The notes beneath the pieces were generated by a model, which worked only from the letters and a program-made list of their open reading frames with translations, made no database searches and was not told the DNA's origin. 64,000 nt of DNA from Verrucomicrobiota bacterium (GTDB taxonomy: Bacteria > Verrucomicrobiota > Verrucomicrobiia > Limisphaerales > AAA164-E04), in assembly GCA_047947115.1 (NCBI GenBank), contig CP170459.1:2816001-2880000 (forward strand), given 5' to 3'. Numbering within the stretch: the stretch's first letter is position 1; each line of letters opens with the position of its first letter. Both the position numbers and the translations under genes were made by a program. Below are positions 1-9,859 of the stretch, one piece after another.

Positions 1-70
1 GATTGCGAATTGGATGCCACATGGGACGCACCGGGGACGGCACGTTCTACCTGCACCCACCATTCACCAT

Positions 71-1048
71 TTAAAACGGGTTTTTCTCCGGGTCGGTTTC
101 TCGGATCAGGTCGATTTTGAAGTATTTGGCAGGGATGCGATCGACAGGGAAGATCATGGGGGTTCCCATGTCAAAAATGGATTCCTGATTCCAGAACGGG
201 AAATCAATCCAGACAGTGCTGTAAACCGCCCATTTCAAACTGGGATGCAAATTCCCATTCAATGGGTAGTCCAGTTGGAGCGAATGTGTTTCAGGAAGAT
301 ACCGGGTCTGTAGTTTGGGCGCTATTGATTTGCTCAAGGGGTCGGTATTCAAGGCATACTCCAGTAGATTGCCGACTCCATCTGCATCGGGATCTCCGTT
401 TTCCATTTGCGGGAGGGTCAATGTTGTAAACAACCACTCACTGACAGGACTCAAGGCGGCATCCTCGTCAGGCGGAGCGCTGAGGAAGGAGAAATAGTGA
501 CTGCTCCAACCGTGTGGCCCTTGCGGATCGAAAGCATAACCCACCGCCACATAGGTTTGTTTCGCGAAAAAATCTTGCGTCCCCAAAACATGGGTGCGAT
601 GGCCGGGAGATTCCATCCAGGCGTTGAATACAATATCCGCTGCCGCTTGACCGGATAATCCGTTCTGGTGTCGGGCTCCGATCGATTCGATGTTGTTTGC
701 CGAACGTGCCTTGCTGTAGTTGTGCCCATATCCCGCCATGGAAATGGTGAAATTCATGCCAAATCCATCCGGATCCTGATGACTGAAATACTCACGCGCA
801 GCCATGTCTTCGGCTTTTTTGCGAGCCGCAAAAAGCAATACCTCATTCCGCACAAACTCCGAGCGCAATTGCTCCTCATGCGCCTCGATCAAATCCAGCA
901 TATAGGTTTCGGCTGGAAGCGGGTCCAGAGCATAAGCCATTGAAGCGACCAGAAACACTCCCGAGAAAATACCCCAATGAGCAAGACTCATTACGGGTGG
1001 AAGCTTCCGACAACGGACGAACGGAAACAGTGCATTGCAGGTTTTCAT
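71..1048 (-). CDS. CAP (SCP-like) domain exported protein with C-terminal DxDxDG/aromatic-rich domain
   Basis: Motifs AARKKAEDMAAREYFSH, NIESIG and NAWMESPGHRTHVL match the CAP family. Hydrophobic signal-like N-terminus. Start uncertain (1048 or 991). Confidence 0.8.
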   Translation of the reverse strand: MKTCNALFPFVRCRKLPPVMSLAHWGIFSGVFLVASMAYALDPLPAETYMLDLIEAHEEQLRSEFVRNEVLLFAARKKAEDMAAREYFSHQDPDGFGMNFTISMAGYGHNYSKARSANNIESIGARHQNGLSGQAAADIVFNAWMESPGHRTHVLGTQDFFAKQTYVAVGYAFDPQGPHGWSSHYFSFLSAPPDEDAALSPVSEWLFTTLTLPQMENGDPDADGVGNLLEYALNTDPLSKSIAPKLQTRYLPETHSLQLDYPLNGNLHPSLKWAVYSTVWIDFPFWNQESIFDMGTPMIFPVDRIPAKYFKIDLIRETDPEKNPF

Positions 1049-1302
1049 GGAAATCTCCTTTGCTATTCGACTCACAGACTCTCCCACTTTCCGTAAATGA
1101 TTCAAACACATTTTCAGATGGAATCATCTGAGGAAAGGAGAAAGCACTCAGTATTCAATAAATCATCCTTGTTTGATCTTTTCAATGTATGGGGTTGGAG
1201 ATAATATCCGTGTGTCGCTGAGGTGGTTAATTATTTTGAAATTGTGCGAGAGCCCGTCAGACTTGCCGCTGCTAGGTTTTAAGAATGGGATATGGGGTCA
1301 AC

Positions 1303-2517
1303 ATGGATCACGCTACACATAATAAAATTGTCTCGTTTATTTGGTCGATCGCCGATGATTGCTTGAGAGACGGGTTCGTCCGAGGGAAATATCGGGATGT
1401 TATTCTGCCGATGTTTGTGCTGCGGCGGATTGATTGCCTGCTGGAGGACTCCAAGGAGGCTGTGCTGGCCGAGGTCAAGATTCAGAAAGAAGAGGCAGGG
1501 ATGGCGGTGCTGGATCCCAATGGATTGAGGGATGCCGCCGGTCAGGTTTTTTACATTACGTCTCCTTTCACCCTGAAATCATTGCTGGGGAATCCTTCCC
1601 AGCTTTACGAAAAACTCCGCAAAAATCTCGGCGAAAAGAACTGCGCATTCACTCCCGCTCACATCGAGCAGATCACACGCGCCTATCTCGACCTGGGCGA
1701 TACCGGAAAGGAAGCGGTCGATGGGCTCAAAGCCCGGGTTTTTGACAACCGTGACTTCGGTTGCTGGAAAATCACCGTCGAGCGCCCACTGCGCAAATCC
1801 ACACAATTCACCACCGAGCGCGTGGCGTCCCTTCGTTTTGACAAACGTCTGACCGAGGAAATGCAGTGGATCTACCAGCAATGGGAAGACCATGTCTATG
1901 CAACGGGATTCCTGAACGCACGGAAACAAAAGGACTCCCTCGACGATTGGTTGGAAAAGGAGGGCATCGACCGAAAAGCCGCCGACAAAAAGAGATTGCT
2001 GGATCGTAAATTCTGGGAAACCAAGCGCAGCATCCTTCAGGCCGCAGAACAACTCCACCAATCCATCGGCGTAAAGGTTTCGAACGACTTCAACCTGTTC
2101 CAAAAGGATGTCAAAGCGGCGCTCAAAAAGCTGAAGCTCAAATTGGGGGCAAGCGAACTCAAAGCCATCCTGGAAGCCGTCTCCTGGCGCGATCCGGATG
2201 CCGAGCCCATCCTTGCCAGTGGAAGCCGAATCGATGGTGCAAAGTATGAACCCGACAGCGAACTCCGTGACACCGAAAACGTGCCGCTCAACTACGAGGG
2301 AGGCATGGATACCTACTTTGCGAAGGAAGTGCTGCCGCATGTGCCGGATGCCTGGATCGACGAAAGCAAAACCGTGATTGGCTACGAAATTTCGTTCAAC
2401 AAATATTTTTACGTCCACCAACCCCTGCGTGACCTGGGTGAAGTCGTGCAGGAAATCCGGGAGTTGGAGAAAGGCACCGAAGGTGTGCTCGAATCCATCT
2501 TGGATTTTACCAATTAG
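1303..2517 (+). pseudogene. hsdM: Type I R-M methyltransferase subunit with in-frame loss of the catalytic domain
   Basis: HsdM N-terminus (HNKIVSFIWSIADDCLRD..RGKYRDVILPMFVLRRID) is joined directly to HsdM C-terminal motifs (LRKNLGEKN, YEPDSELRDTENVP, EVLPHVPDAWID, IGYEISFNKYFY). No SAM-binding DPACGxG and no NPPY/F motif. Confidence 0.8.
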
Positions 2518-2523
2518 TCTCAT

Positions 2524-3579
2524 ATGGACCAGGAACTCCACATCATTCAAAGTGACGCAGGCCCTGTCGCCGACATTCGGCGAATGATTGAACAGACGCG
2601 GGAAGGTGTCGCCCGCATCGTCAATACCGGCATGACCCTTCTCTACTGGCGGATTGGTAAGCGCGTTCTGACGGAAGTTCTTGGAAATCAACGTGCCAAC
2701 TATGGCGGCGAAATTGTCGCTACACTGTCGAGACAATTGCAAAATGAATATGGCAGGGGGTTTTCCGAGAAAAACCTTCGAAGAATGGTTCAGTTTGCCG
2801 AAGTATTCCCGGCAGGGGAGATTGTCGCTACACTGTCGCGACAATTGGGATGGTCTCATTTTAAGGAGATCATTCCCCTCAAAAACGATCTCCAGCGTGA
2901 GTTTTACGCCGAAATGTGCCGAGTGGAGCGTTGGAGCGTCCGTACGCTGCGCGAGAAGATCAGTTCCATGCTTTTCGAACGCACCGCGATCTCGAAGAAG
3001 CCCGAAGAAGTGGCCAAAGCCGAACTGGCCAATCTACGCGCCGAAGACAAACTTACACCCGACCTTGTTTTTCGCGATCCCTATGTCCTCGACTTTCTCG
3101 GTCTCAAGGATCGATACATGGAGAAAGACCTGGAGGATGCCATCCTGCGTGAACTGGAGAAATTCCTCCTCGAACTTGGCACCGGATTCACCTTTCAGGC
3201 GCGACAATTCCGCATCTCCATCGACTCCGATGACTATCACCTGGATCTCCTTTTCTACCACCGGGCATTAAGGCGTTTGGTCGCCATAGAGCTCAAACTC
3301 GGTGACTTCAAGCCCGAGCACAAAGGCCAGATGGAACTCTACCTCCGCTGGCTGGCGAAACACGAGCAACAACCCGGCGAAGAACCGCCCCTCGGCCTCA
3401 TCCTTTGTGCCGGTAAGAAGAAAGAGCAGATCGAACTGCTCGAACTCGGCCAATCCGGCATCCACGTCGCCGAATACCTCACGGCCCTCCCATCCCGCGA
3501 ACTCCTCCGCCAAAAACTCCACACAGCCATCGAGACCTCCCGCGCCCGATTGGACAACCACCAAGGGGGTGAGGCATGA
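2524..3579 (+). CDS. yhcG: YhcG / DUF1016 family PD-(D/E)XK nuclease-domain protein
   Basis: LYWRIG, GRGFSEKNL, WSVRTL, FRDPYVLDFL, FLLELGTGF, DLLFYHR..LVAIELK, GQMELYL. Confidence 0.9.
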   Translation: MDQELHIIQSDAGPVADIRRMIEQTREGVARIVNTGMTLLYWRIGKRVLTEVLGNQRANYGGEIVATLSRQLQNEYGRGFSEKNLRRMVQFAEVFPAGEIVATLSRQLGWSHFKEIIPLKNDLQREFYAEMCRVERWSVRTLREKISSMLFERTAISKKPEEVAKAELANLRAEDKLTPDLVFRDPYVLDFLGLKDRYMEKDLEDAILRELEKFLLELGTGFTFQARQFRISIDSDDYHLDLLFYHRALRRLVAIELKLGDFKPEHKGQMELYLRWLAKHEQQPGEEPPLGLILCAGKKKEQIELLELGQSGIHVAEYLTALPSRELLRQKLHTAIETSRARLDNHQGGEA

Positions 3580-3640
3580 CGACGTTCCCGAAATACGACC
3601 GCTACAAGGATTCCGGTGTCGAATGGCTCGGGGAGATTCG
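3576..3640 (+). pseudogene. hsdS: 5' stump of type I R-M specificity subunit
   Basis: MTTFPKYDRYKDSGVEWLGEI is the conserved HsdS N-terminal segment and overlaps the yhcG stop (ATGA). Similarity ends before the expected PxxW, and the frame stops at 3767 in AT-rich DNA. Confidence 0.75.
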
Positions 3641-3822
3641 CAGAGGAAAGTCGATTATTAGAATAGTGTTGGACAAGCAAATTGACTGCAATATACGTAT
3701 TTTTACCGAATTCAACGACATTTTGTCACGATTGATGAAATTTCAGGAGTTGAAGGAATCGGCGTAGAACAGTTAAAAATGGTGAGAAATGCAAAATAAA
3801 TTGAGGGACACTTTGTTTTTTT

Positions 3823-5354
3823 GCCTCTTCTTCAGAATCTGTGGGTAAATTTAGGTTCGGGTAGTTCACCCATTGTGTGAAAAAGGGCTATTTTAAGCAC
3901 TTCAAAGCTACGATAGCCGTAGGCTTTTCTGGTAGTCAGATTTATTTTGCGGTTCAAACCCTCAACAACTCCCGACGAAATAGTCTTTTTGGCCCTGAAC
4001 CAATTCAGGATCAGCGGCTGATGTTTTCGTAGGCTGCTGGCAAATTTCTTGATGGGTTCCAGACGTGAGCGCATAGCTCTGGTGCACCACTTGTTCAAAT
4101 ACCACTCAGCCCAATATGGGCTAGTGTAATTCCAAAAGAACTCAAATGCTTCTTTGAGCAAAAATGCCCGAACACTTTTCAGATCATACTGGAGGACTTC
4201 CTCCAGCTTAATCTTTTGATTGGGCGTGAGGTTCTCACGACGTTTGAGAAAGCAGTATTTGGTGTGTTTAAGCACTTCCTGGTATCCGTCCTGACGCATC
4301 TTACGCGCTTCGACCGCCCTGACTTCATTGATTGCTTTGTTCAGATTGGCTACGATATGGAAGCGATCCAACACGTGGAGGGCGTGTTCGAGTTTTTCCT
4401 TAATCACATTGAGATAAGGTTTCCACATGTCCGAACAAACAAATTGAATGGACTCAAGTTGCTTTTGAGTGAGGATCTTAAAAAAATCCCGAAGGGATTG
4501 CTCGGTTCTCTCCTTGGTGACGCTTAACAATCGGCGCGTGCCTTGATCTATCTGGTAAACCACCGTCAGATACTTTTGCCCCTTTCCAAAATGCACCTCA
4601 TCAACTCCGATGGCATTAATATCGTCCAAACTCCTGTGCTTCAAGCCGTATTCAACAATGGAAGCAACGGACCGATACACCGATTGCCAACTGACTTCAA
4701 AGGTCTGGGCAACTTCTTTCCATGAAAGTTTCCGAGCCCACTGTGCAAGGAAGTGTTCCATGACACAGGTTATCCGGCTTTTTCCTTTGGCCCAAGGAAC
4801 CGATTCGATGACAACACCGTCATTGGGGCAGTTAACTCTTCGCATCCGGTATTCAAGAAACACCGGCCACCCCCATAAGGGGATGAATCGAAACTTTCGT
4901 TTTCCAGGACGATGGTCATAGGTGGAAGCACTACGATTGCACTTTGAACATACTGGGCGGCTGTTTTGCCGTGGTTCAACGCTTACGACAATAGCTTCGA
5001 CTCCTTCAACTTCCTGGAAGCATGCTTGGCGATAGACAAAGGATTTGAATTTATGGCAACGATTGAGCAAGGTTTTCAACAGCATCGGCAATCTTTGACG
5101 AGGTTTGTTTTGGCGACGCCATGTTGAGGAGATTGCCGATGCTTTTCGAATAAAAATCCTCTGGGTTTTTCTTGGAGAAAAACCACACCACCCGTAGGCC
5201 CTCTCGCGTCGTGGAAGTCCAGGAAAACATCATATAAGTGCCGAAGGCCGACTCCGCGTCAGCGGGGGAGTTATGCTGATGTTTTACTGGACTGGAACAG
5301 AGCGATAGGGCATCCCGACGTGCTCAATTTACCCACTCTTTTTTGAGAAGACCC
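3823..5354 (-). mobile_element. ISL3-family insertion sequence, copy 1 (1532 bp)
   Basis: Imperfect terminal IRs gggtcttct..gtgggtaaatt / gcctcttct..gtgggtaaatt. 8-bp target duplication GTTTTTTT at 3815-3822 and 5355-5362. Near-identical to 41719-43250. Confidence 0.95.
3832..5091 (-). CDS. ISL3-family transposase
   Basis: Zn-finger CSKC..CPND, IGVDE, VCSDMWKPY, DRFHIV, SSGVVEGLNRKI..RKAYGYRS. Confidence 0.95.
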   Translation of the reverse strand: MPMLLKTLLNRCHKFKSFVYRQACFQEVEGVEAIVVSVEPRQNSRPVCSKCNRSASTYDHRPGKRKFRFIPLWGWPVFLEYRMRRVNCPNDGVVIESVPWAKGKSRITCVMEHFLAQWARKLSWKEVAQTFEVSWQSVYRSVASIVEYGLKHRSLDDINAIGVDEVHFGKGQKYLTVVYQIDQGTRRLLSVTKERTEQSLRDFFKILTQKQLESIQFVCSDMWKPYLNVIKEKLEHALHVLDRFHIVANLNKAINEVRAVEARKMRQDGYQEVLKHTKYCFLKRRENLTPNQKIKLEEVLQYDLKSVRAFLLKEAFEFFWNYTSPYWAEWYLNKWCTRAMRSRLEPIKKFASSLRKHQPLILNWFRAKKTISSGVVEGLNRKINLTTRKAYGYRSFEVLKIALFHTMGELPEPKFTHRF

Positions 5355-5399
5355 GTTTTTTTCATCATCTCGTTGCCCTTCTTTCAATTTTATATTTCC

Positions 5400-8240
5400 A
5401 TGGTAAATGTGTTGACGACTCCTTTACGAACATTGGGACACCTTTTGATGTTTCCTGTTGTGCTGGTGATATGCGGTCTGTTGGTTGGAATGGGGTCGGC
5501 ATTGGCACATCCTGCTCAGGTGCATATCAAGATTTTGGTGGTGGTTTGTCAGTATGCGGATACGGAAACTCCTGAGCTGAAGAGTCGGCAGTGGGCGGAT
5601 GAGTTGAATCTTGGGATCAATACGCTTTATGCGACCGCCACACATCAACAGGCTCCTGAGTTTGAGTTTATTCCAGTTCCCGGGGTGTTGGAGTTGGACG
5701 TTGATTATTCGCCGAGTGTGTCGATGGCAGATGATGATTCGACTTTGGTTGATGATCCGGGGGTAATCGATCGGGAGGGAGTTTTGGCATTGGAATACGC
5801 ACGGAAAATGGTGCCGGAATATTTCGCTCAACCTGTATATCTGCTGGCTGTCATCAACCGGCACAAGGAAGGACGTGCGCGTGGTTTATTTGAATTTCCG
5901 CTGGTCTCAGAGGTCCAGGATGGTGTGAAAGTAAACGCCGCGATTTCGGTGATCTCTGATCCTTTTGCGGACAGGCGGTTGGAGGTTGATTCGGTGGTGC
6001 CCCAGTCTGCTGCAGTGGATACGGATGGTGATGGCCTGAGTGATGAACAAGAGCTGGGCTTGGGAACTTTGCCGGACCGGGCGGACAGTGATGGAGATGG
6101 TTATTCGGATTGGGTGGAGGTCACGTTGAGAATCAGTGATCCGTTGAATTCGATCTCAAAAGTGAGTCTTCCTGACAAGAGTATCTCTTCCGTGGCTCAT
6201 TTGGTGGGCCATCAGATCGGTCTTCCCGGGTTGCATCAGGACGAACGTTATGTGCGCGAATCATCCTACGGCTATTGGGGCCTCATGGCGCAGGACAATT
6301 CTCAGGGATTGAGTGGGTTTACGCGGTTACATGCACAGTGGTATGACACCAAGTTCGGGGAACTGGTCATTGATATAGAGCCTGGAGGTTGGGAGGAACC
6401 TCTCTTTTATCTGGTGGAACCTTCTTTTCAATTCATGGGTGCATTTTTGCCTCCGGGCGTGTTTGAACTTGTGCGTATTCGCAGGCCTTCACTCCCCGAT
6501 GTGTTGCTGGAGGCGCGCCCCAAATTCAGTGTGGATGCCTCCAGATTTGCGAATGGCTTTTCCGGTTTGGGGGATTTTTCGGGACTTCCTTCCAGTTATC
6601 AACCGGGTGTGTTGGTTTCAGAGATCGATCCGGCTTATGAAGGGCAAGTCTTTCCCTATCCCGGACAGTATGGTGTGCCTGTTGCGCGGGTGTTGCCGCA
6701 TGAGGAAGGTGATGTTTCAAGTCCTGGAAATGAGGATGTCCCAATCGCACTACAGGATGCCACCATTCAGGAACAACAGGTATTTCAGGATGCCTATGGT
6801 CTGGAGATTCAAGTCGGTAAGTTTGATCGCTTTGAGGGGAGTTATGAAATCTCGATCAAGTCTGAATCATCTCCTGCTTTTGCGGATTTGACCATTACCG
6901 GTGCCTGGCTCGATAGCGCCGCCAATGGTTACGGTTCCTTTTTGTTTGGTCGGGATGAACTTTCAGGCGATCCTCGCCTGGGGTGAGACCCGGTTCATTG
7001 GGTGCAGCGGCCTGAGTTTCGTTGGACCCATTCGCTTCCCGATGTCCGGCTTCATGCTGGGGCTTTGGAACATCGCGCAACCTTTCGCATTCAAAATGTC
7101 GGTACGGCTGATGCGTTTCATATCGAAGGCACGGTCTATGTCTTGCCTGCGTCCACCTTGCCGGTGGGGGATAGCATGTTCGATCCGGAAGTGCTAAACG
7201 CTTTGGCTTTATCTCGGGAAAAGGTGTTTCTTGAGCGTTTGAAAGCGGAAGAGCATGCTGAGGTTTCTGTGTCGTTTTTTCCATCCGGGCCGGTTCAGGC
7301 CATTTTGATACTTGATTCGGTTTCGAACGAACTGGTCACTCACAATAATCGTCATCGGTCCGTTTTCTGGGCCGAATATGCTGCGTTGGACACCTTTTAT
7401 CCAACGATTGAACAAACGGTTCAATTTTACAATGGGACAAGCTTTCATCACCATCTGGTGGCTCAGGTATCAGCTTTGCCCACCGGGTGGGTGGAGAGAT
7501 TAACCGTTCCGGATTCAGACGATTTGAAATGGTCGACACCACTCCAGCCGGGAGGTTCGGAATCGTTTCAATTAAATATTCAACCACCACCTCCAGCAGA
7601 GACACAACTGGGAGTCATCGAGCGGATTATCATGGATACCTGGATGGACTATGGCGATGGAGCTGTGCCGTCGGGTGATCTTTCTTTGAAGGTGGTGTTA
7701 TCTCTGCCAACATACATTTCGCTGGAAATGCAACAAGAGGAAGATCAGACACTGTTGACGGGTGTGCTGACTGTTGGAAAAGAGGGAAACCCTGTCTTAA
7801 AGGATGGAGTCATCGCGGTTGAAATCACCGGCTCGAATGGAACTCAGCAAACCATCTTTGCCACGACATCTGCTGATGGGCGGTATTCTGTTCGAGCGGT
7901 TACTGAAAGCGACACAGGCTATGCCGCCGTTGCCAACTTCATTGGCAATGATACCTACGCTCCATCTCATTCATCTTTGATTCAATGGGGAGCAGCCGTC
8001 CCTCCTGAGCAAGGTCAAATTCATATCAAACGCATTCTGTATGAAAATGGAATAGTTCACCTGGGTATCTCCAACACATTCCCAACCCTCATCCATGTGC
8101 AACTCCTGGTCTCAGACAATCTGCTTCAATGGCGGGAGTTTGAACGCATGGAAATCCCGCCAGGGGATTCCCAATGGACCGTTGACACGGCTACTCTTGA
8201 TCAAACGGCCTTCTTTCGAATGGTGAATGGTGAATGGTGA
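5400..8240 (+). pseudogene. Large exported protein (M6-metalloprotease-like domain, Ca-binding DxDGDG repeats, CARDB/Ig-like domains) interrupted by one in-frame TGA at 6984-6986
   Basis: ORFs 5343..6986 and 7002..8240 are in the same frame and separated only by TGA plus five sense codons. Signal peptide from ATG 5400. DTDGDGLSD/DSDGDGYSD repeats. AHLVGHQIGLPGL..GYWGLM resembles M6 HExGHxLGLPD..GxWxLM. Confidence 0.6.
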
Positions 8241-8243
8241 ATT
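8218..8243 (+). repeat. Tandem heptamer (GAATGGT)x3-GAATT, left arm of an inverted repeat
   Basis: Read directly: gaatggt gaatggt gaatggt gaatt. Confidence 0.9.
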
Positions 8244-8592
8244 ATTTGCGGGTTTTTTTGATGATGGTGGTGAGGATGGCAATAAGCTGATTGGATTCAT
8301 CTATGAGTTGAGATAGTTTTGATTTGGGAATTACGTTTGTGGTTGAAATGAGGCGAAGCCAGTAGTGGGTTTCGCGGGCTTCTTTACATGCTATAGAAAG
8401 TTTGGATGTAAAATCTGCCTGACTCTGGCTTGCTTGCGCTTCTTCTACGTTGGCTCCGATAGAGGTTCCAGAGCGAAGAACTTGGCCCGCCAGTATGCGC
8501 GATACTCCAGGTTTCTCATCCAATACCTGACAAAGGTTAATAATTCGTACAGAAAAATCAAAAGTCCGACCGACGATATCTATCCCATTCAC
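8242..8592 (-). CDS. Four helix bundle protein (TIGR02436 / 23S rRNA IVS protein-like)
   Basis: RTFDFSVRII..QVLRSGTSIGANVEEAQ..DFTSKLSIACKEARETHYWL. GGAGG lies 6 nt upstream of GTG 8592. Confidence 0.9.
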   Translation of the reverse strand: MNGIDIVGRTFDFSVRIINLCQVLDEKPGVSRILAGQVLRSGTSIGANVEEAQASQSQADFTSKLSIACKEARETHYWLRLISTTNVIPKSKLSQLIDESNQLIAILTTIIKKTRK

Positions 8593-8603
8593 CCCATACC
8601 TCC

Positions 8604-8636
8604 AATTCACTATTCACCATTCTCCATTCTCCATTT
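8604..8636 (-). repeat. Tandem heptamer array, right arm of an inverted repeat
   Basis: aattcac tattcac cattctc cattctc cattt. The reverse complement of 8604-8629 matches 8218-8243 at 24/26 positions. Confidence 0.9.
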
Positions 8637-9423
8637 AATTCCCACCCTCGGTGGGCTTCAGCCATGGGGTTCCTGACCAGTACCATTTTCGGGCTTGCAT
8701 GGATTCGACGTGGCTGTCGGTGAATGCGACGTTGCTGGTGCCGCCGCTGTGGCGCAGGTGGGGGCCGCCCCAGTTGGGATCACCCGCTGCTGTGACGCAT
8801 CCACCGCAAGGTGAGCTGTCGCCGGGATCATGGACGATCCAGCAGCCTGCTTTTTCTTCGGAATCGACAGTGACGCATTTTTCGGGATCGGTGGTGTTGA
8901 CAGGTTGACTGCCCCCATCGGTCATGTGAACGACGCTTGAGGGATTGCGTACATCGGTGTCCCTCAACTGACGCCATGTTTCCTTGTCCCACACGTTGGG
9001 CCAATCACACCCGCCGAGTCGAAAATTGACGCTGTAATTGGAGAGCGCACGGTCGGCTTGATCACTTGGGTAAATGCTGAACAGTTCGTTGAATTTACGG
9101 GTGCGCGTGGGGCAGAGCAGGAGATTGGTGGTTTGCTGGTAGGAAGCGAGAAAGTTGAACCAAGCTTTACGTTCCACATTTGAACCCCGGACAGCAAAGG
9201 TGAACACATAGCGTCCATCATTGTCGTCGGAGTAAATGCGTGAAGCCAATCCCATCTGACGGAGGTTGTTCACGCAACTGATTTGCTTCGCTTTCTCTTT
9301 GGCTTTGGACAGTGCCGGTAAAAGCATGCCCGCCAGAATGGCAATAATGGCGATGACGACCAGGAGTTCAATGAGAGTGAATCCTGCGAGGTGTTTGGGT
9401 GGGTTTTGTTCAGTGGATTGCAT
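8635..9423 (-). CDS. Prepilin-type N-terminal cleavage/methylation domain protein (PVC DUF1559-like)
   Basis: [39 protein letters not shown], with C-terminal [17 protein letters not shown] (variant of H-X9-DG). Confidence 0.9.
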   Translation of the reverse strand: MQSTEQNPPKHLAGFTLIELLVVIAIIAILAGMLLPALSKAKEKAKQISCVNNLRQMGLASRIYSDDNDGRYVFTFAVRGSNVERKAWFNFLASYQQTTNLLLCPTRTRKFNELFSIYPSDQADRALSNYSVNFRLGGCDWPNVWDKETWRQLRDTDVRNPSSVVHMTDGGSQPVNTTDPEKCVTVDSEEKAGCWIVHDPGDSSPCGGCVTAAGDPNWGGPHLRHSGGTSNVAFTDSHVESMQARKWYWSGTPWLKPTEGGN

Positions 9424-9859
9424 GATGGTGTTTTTTGAGTTGAATGCACAGTCCAACGTCAGCTGTCTATTATTGCTTTAGTGGATGAGTGTGATATTTC
9501 TCCATACCTTCTCTAAAATCAAGGTCAATTGTTTGGGCGCAGTTCAAAAACCAGAAATCCATAACCGGAGGGGTAAGCTCCGTCTTGCACCCACTTCAAA
9601 CCTCAGTGCTTTGGAACCCATTTCAAGCTGCAATGGAAACGTCACGGTCATTCGATGAACGATCGTCTCCCCCCGTTCCATTGCTTTTACTCGGAAACGT
9701 TTTCAAGGGGAAAGTTTGGGGCCAGTCCCGCATGCGGGATCACCCCTCCATTGTCTGAAAATGAACTGCGTCCGTTCTGGCTTTGTAGATTACTTTCTTG
9801 TTGCCTTGTTGGGGATTCCTTGATGGACTTGATCCCATCCTAATAATAGAAAAAATCCT

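Noticed and set aside
2713..2847. 27-bp near-perfect direct repeat (IVATLSRQL twice) in yhcG
   Set aside because: It is in frame and inside a variable region of YhcG proteins. No evidence of an insertion element or a phase-variation role.
1579..2859. Long antisense ORFs (e.g. 1579..2859, 24029..25333, 26064..27365, 45381..46319)
   Set aside because: They are shadows of well-supported genes on the opposite strand and have no motifs of their own.
3640..3822. IS-mediated adjacent deletion as the cause of hsdS truncation
   Set aside because: The IS keeps matching 8-bp target duplications on both sides and lies about 180 bp from the breakpoint.
6984..6986. Selenocysteine codon
   Set aside because: No redox Cys-type context, the downstream hairpin is too small to call a SECIS, and no sel genes are visible.
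8242..8592. Diversity-generating retroelement (Avd-like four-helix protein)
   Set aside because: No reverse transcriptase and no TR/VR repeat pair with adenine-specific mismatches in the window.
8218..8636. CRISPR array
   Set aside because: The repeats are contiguous 7-mers without spacers, and there are no cas genes.
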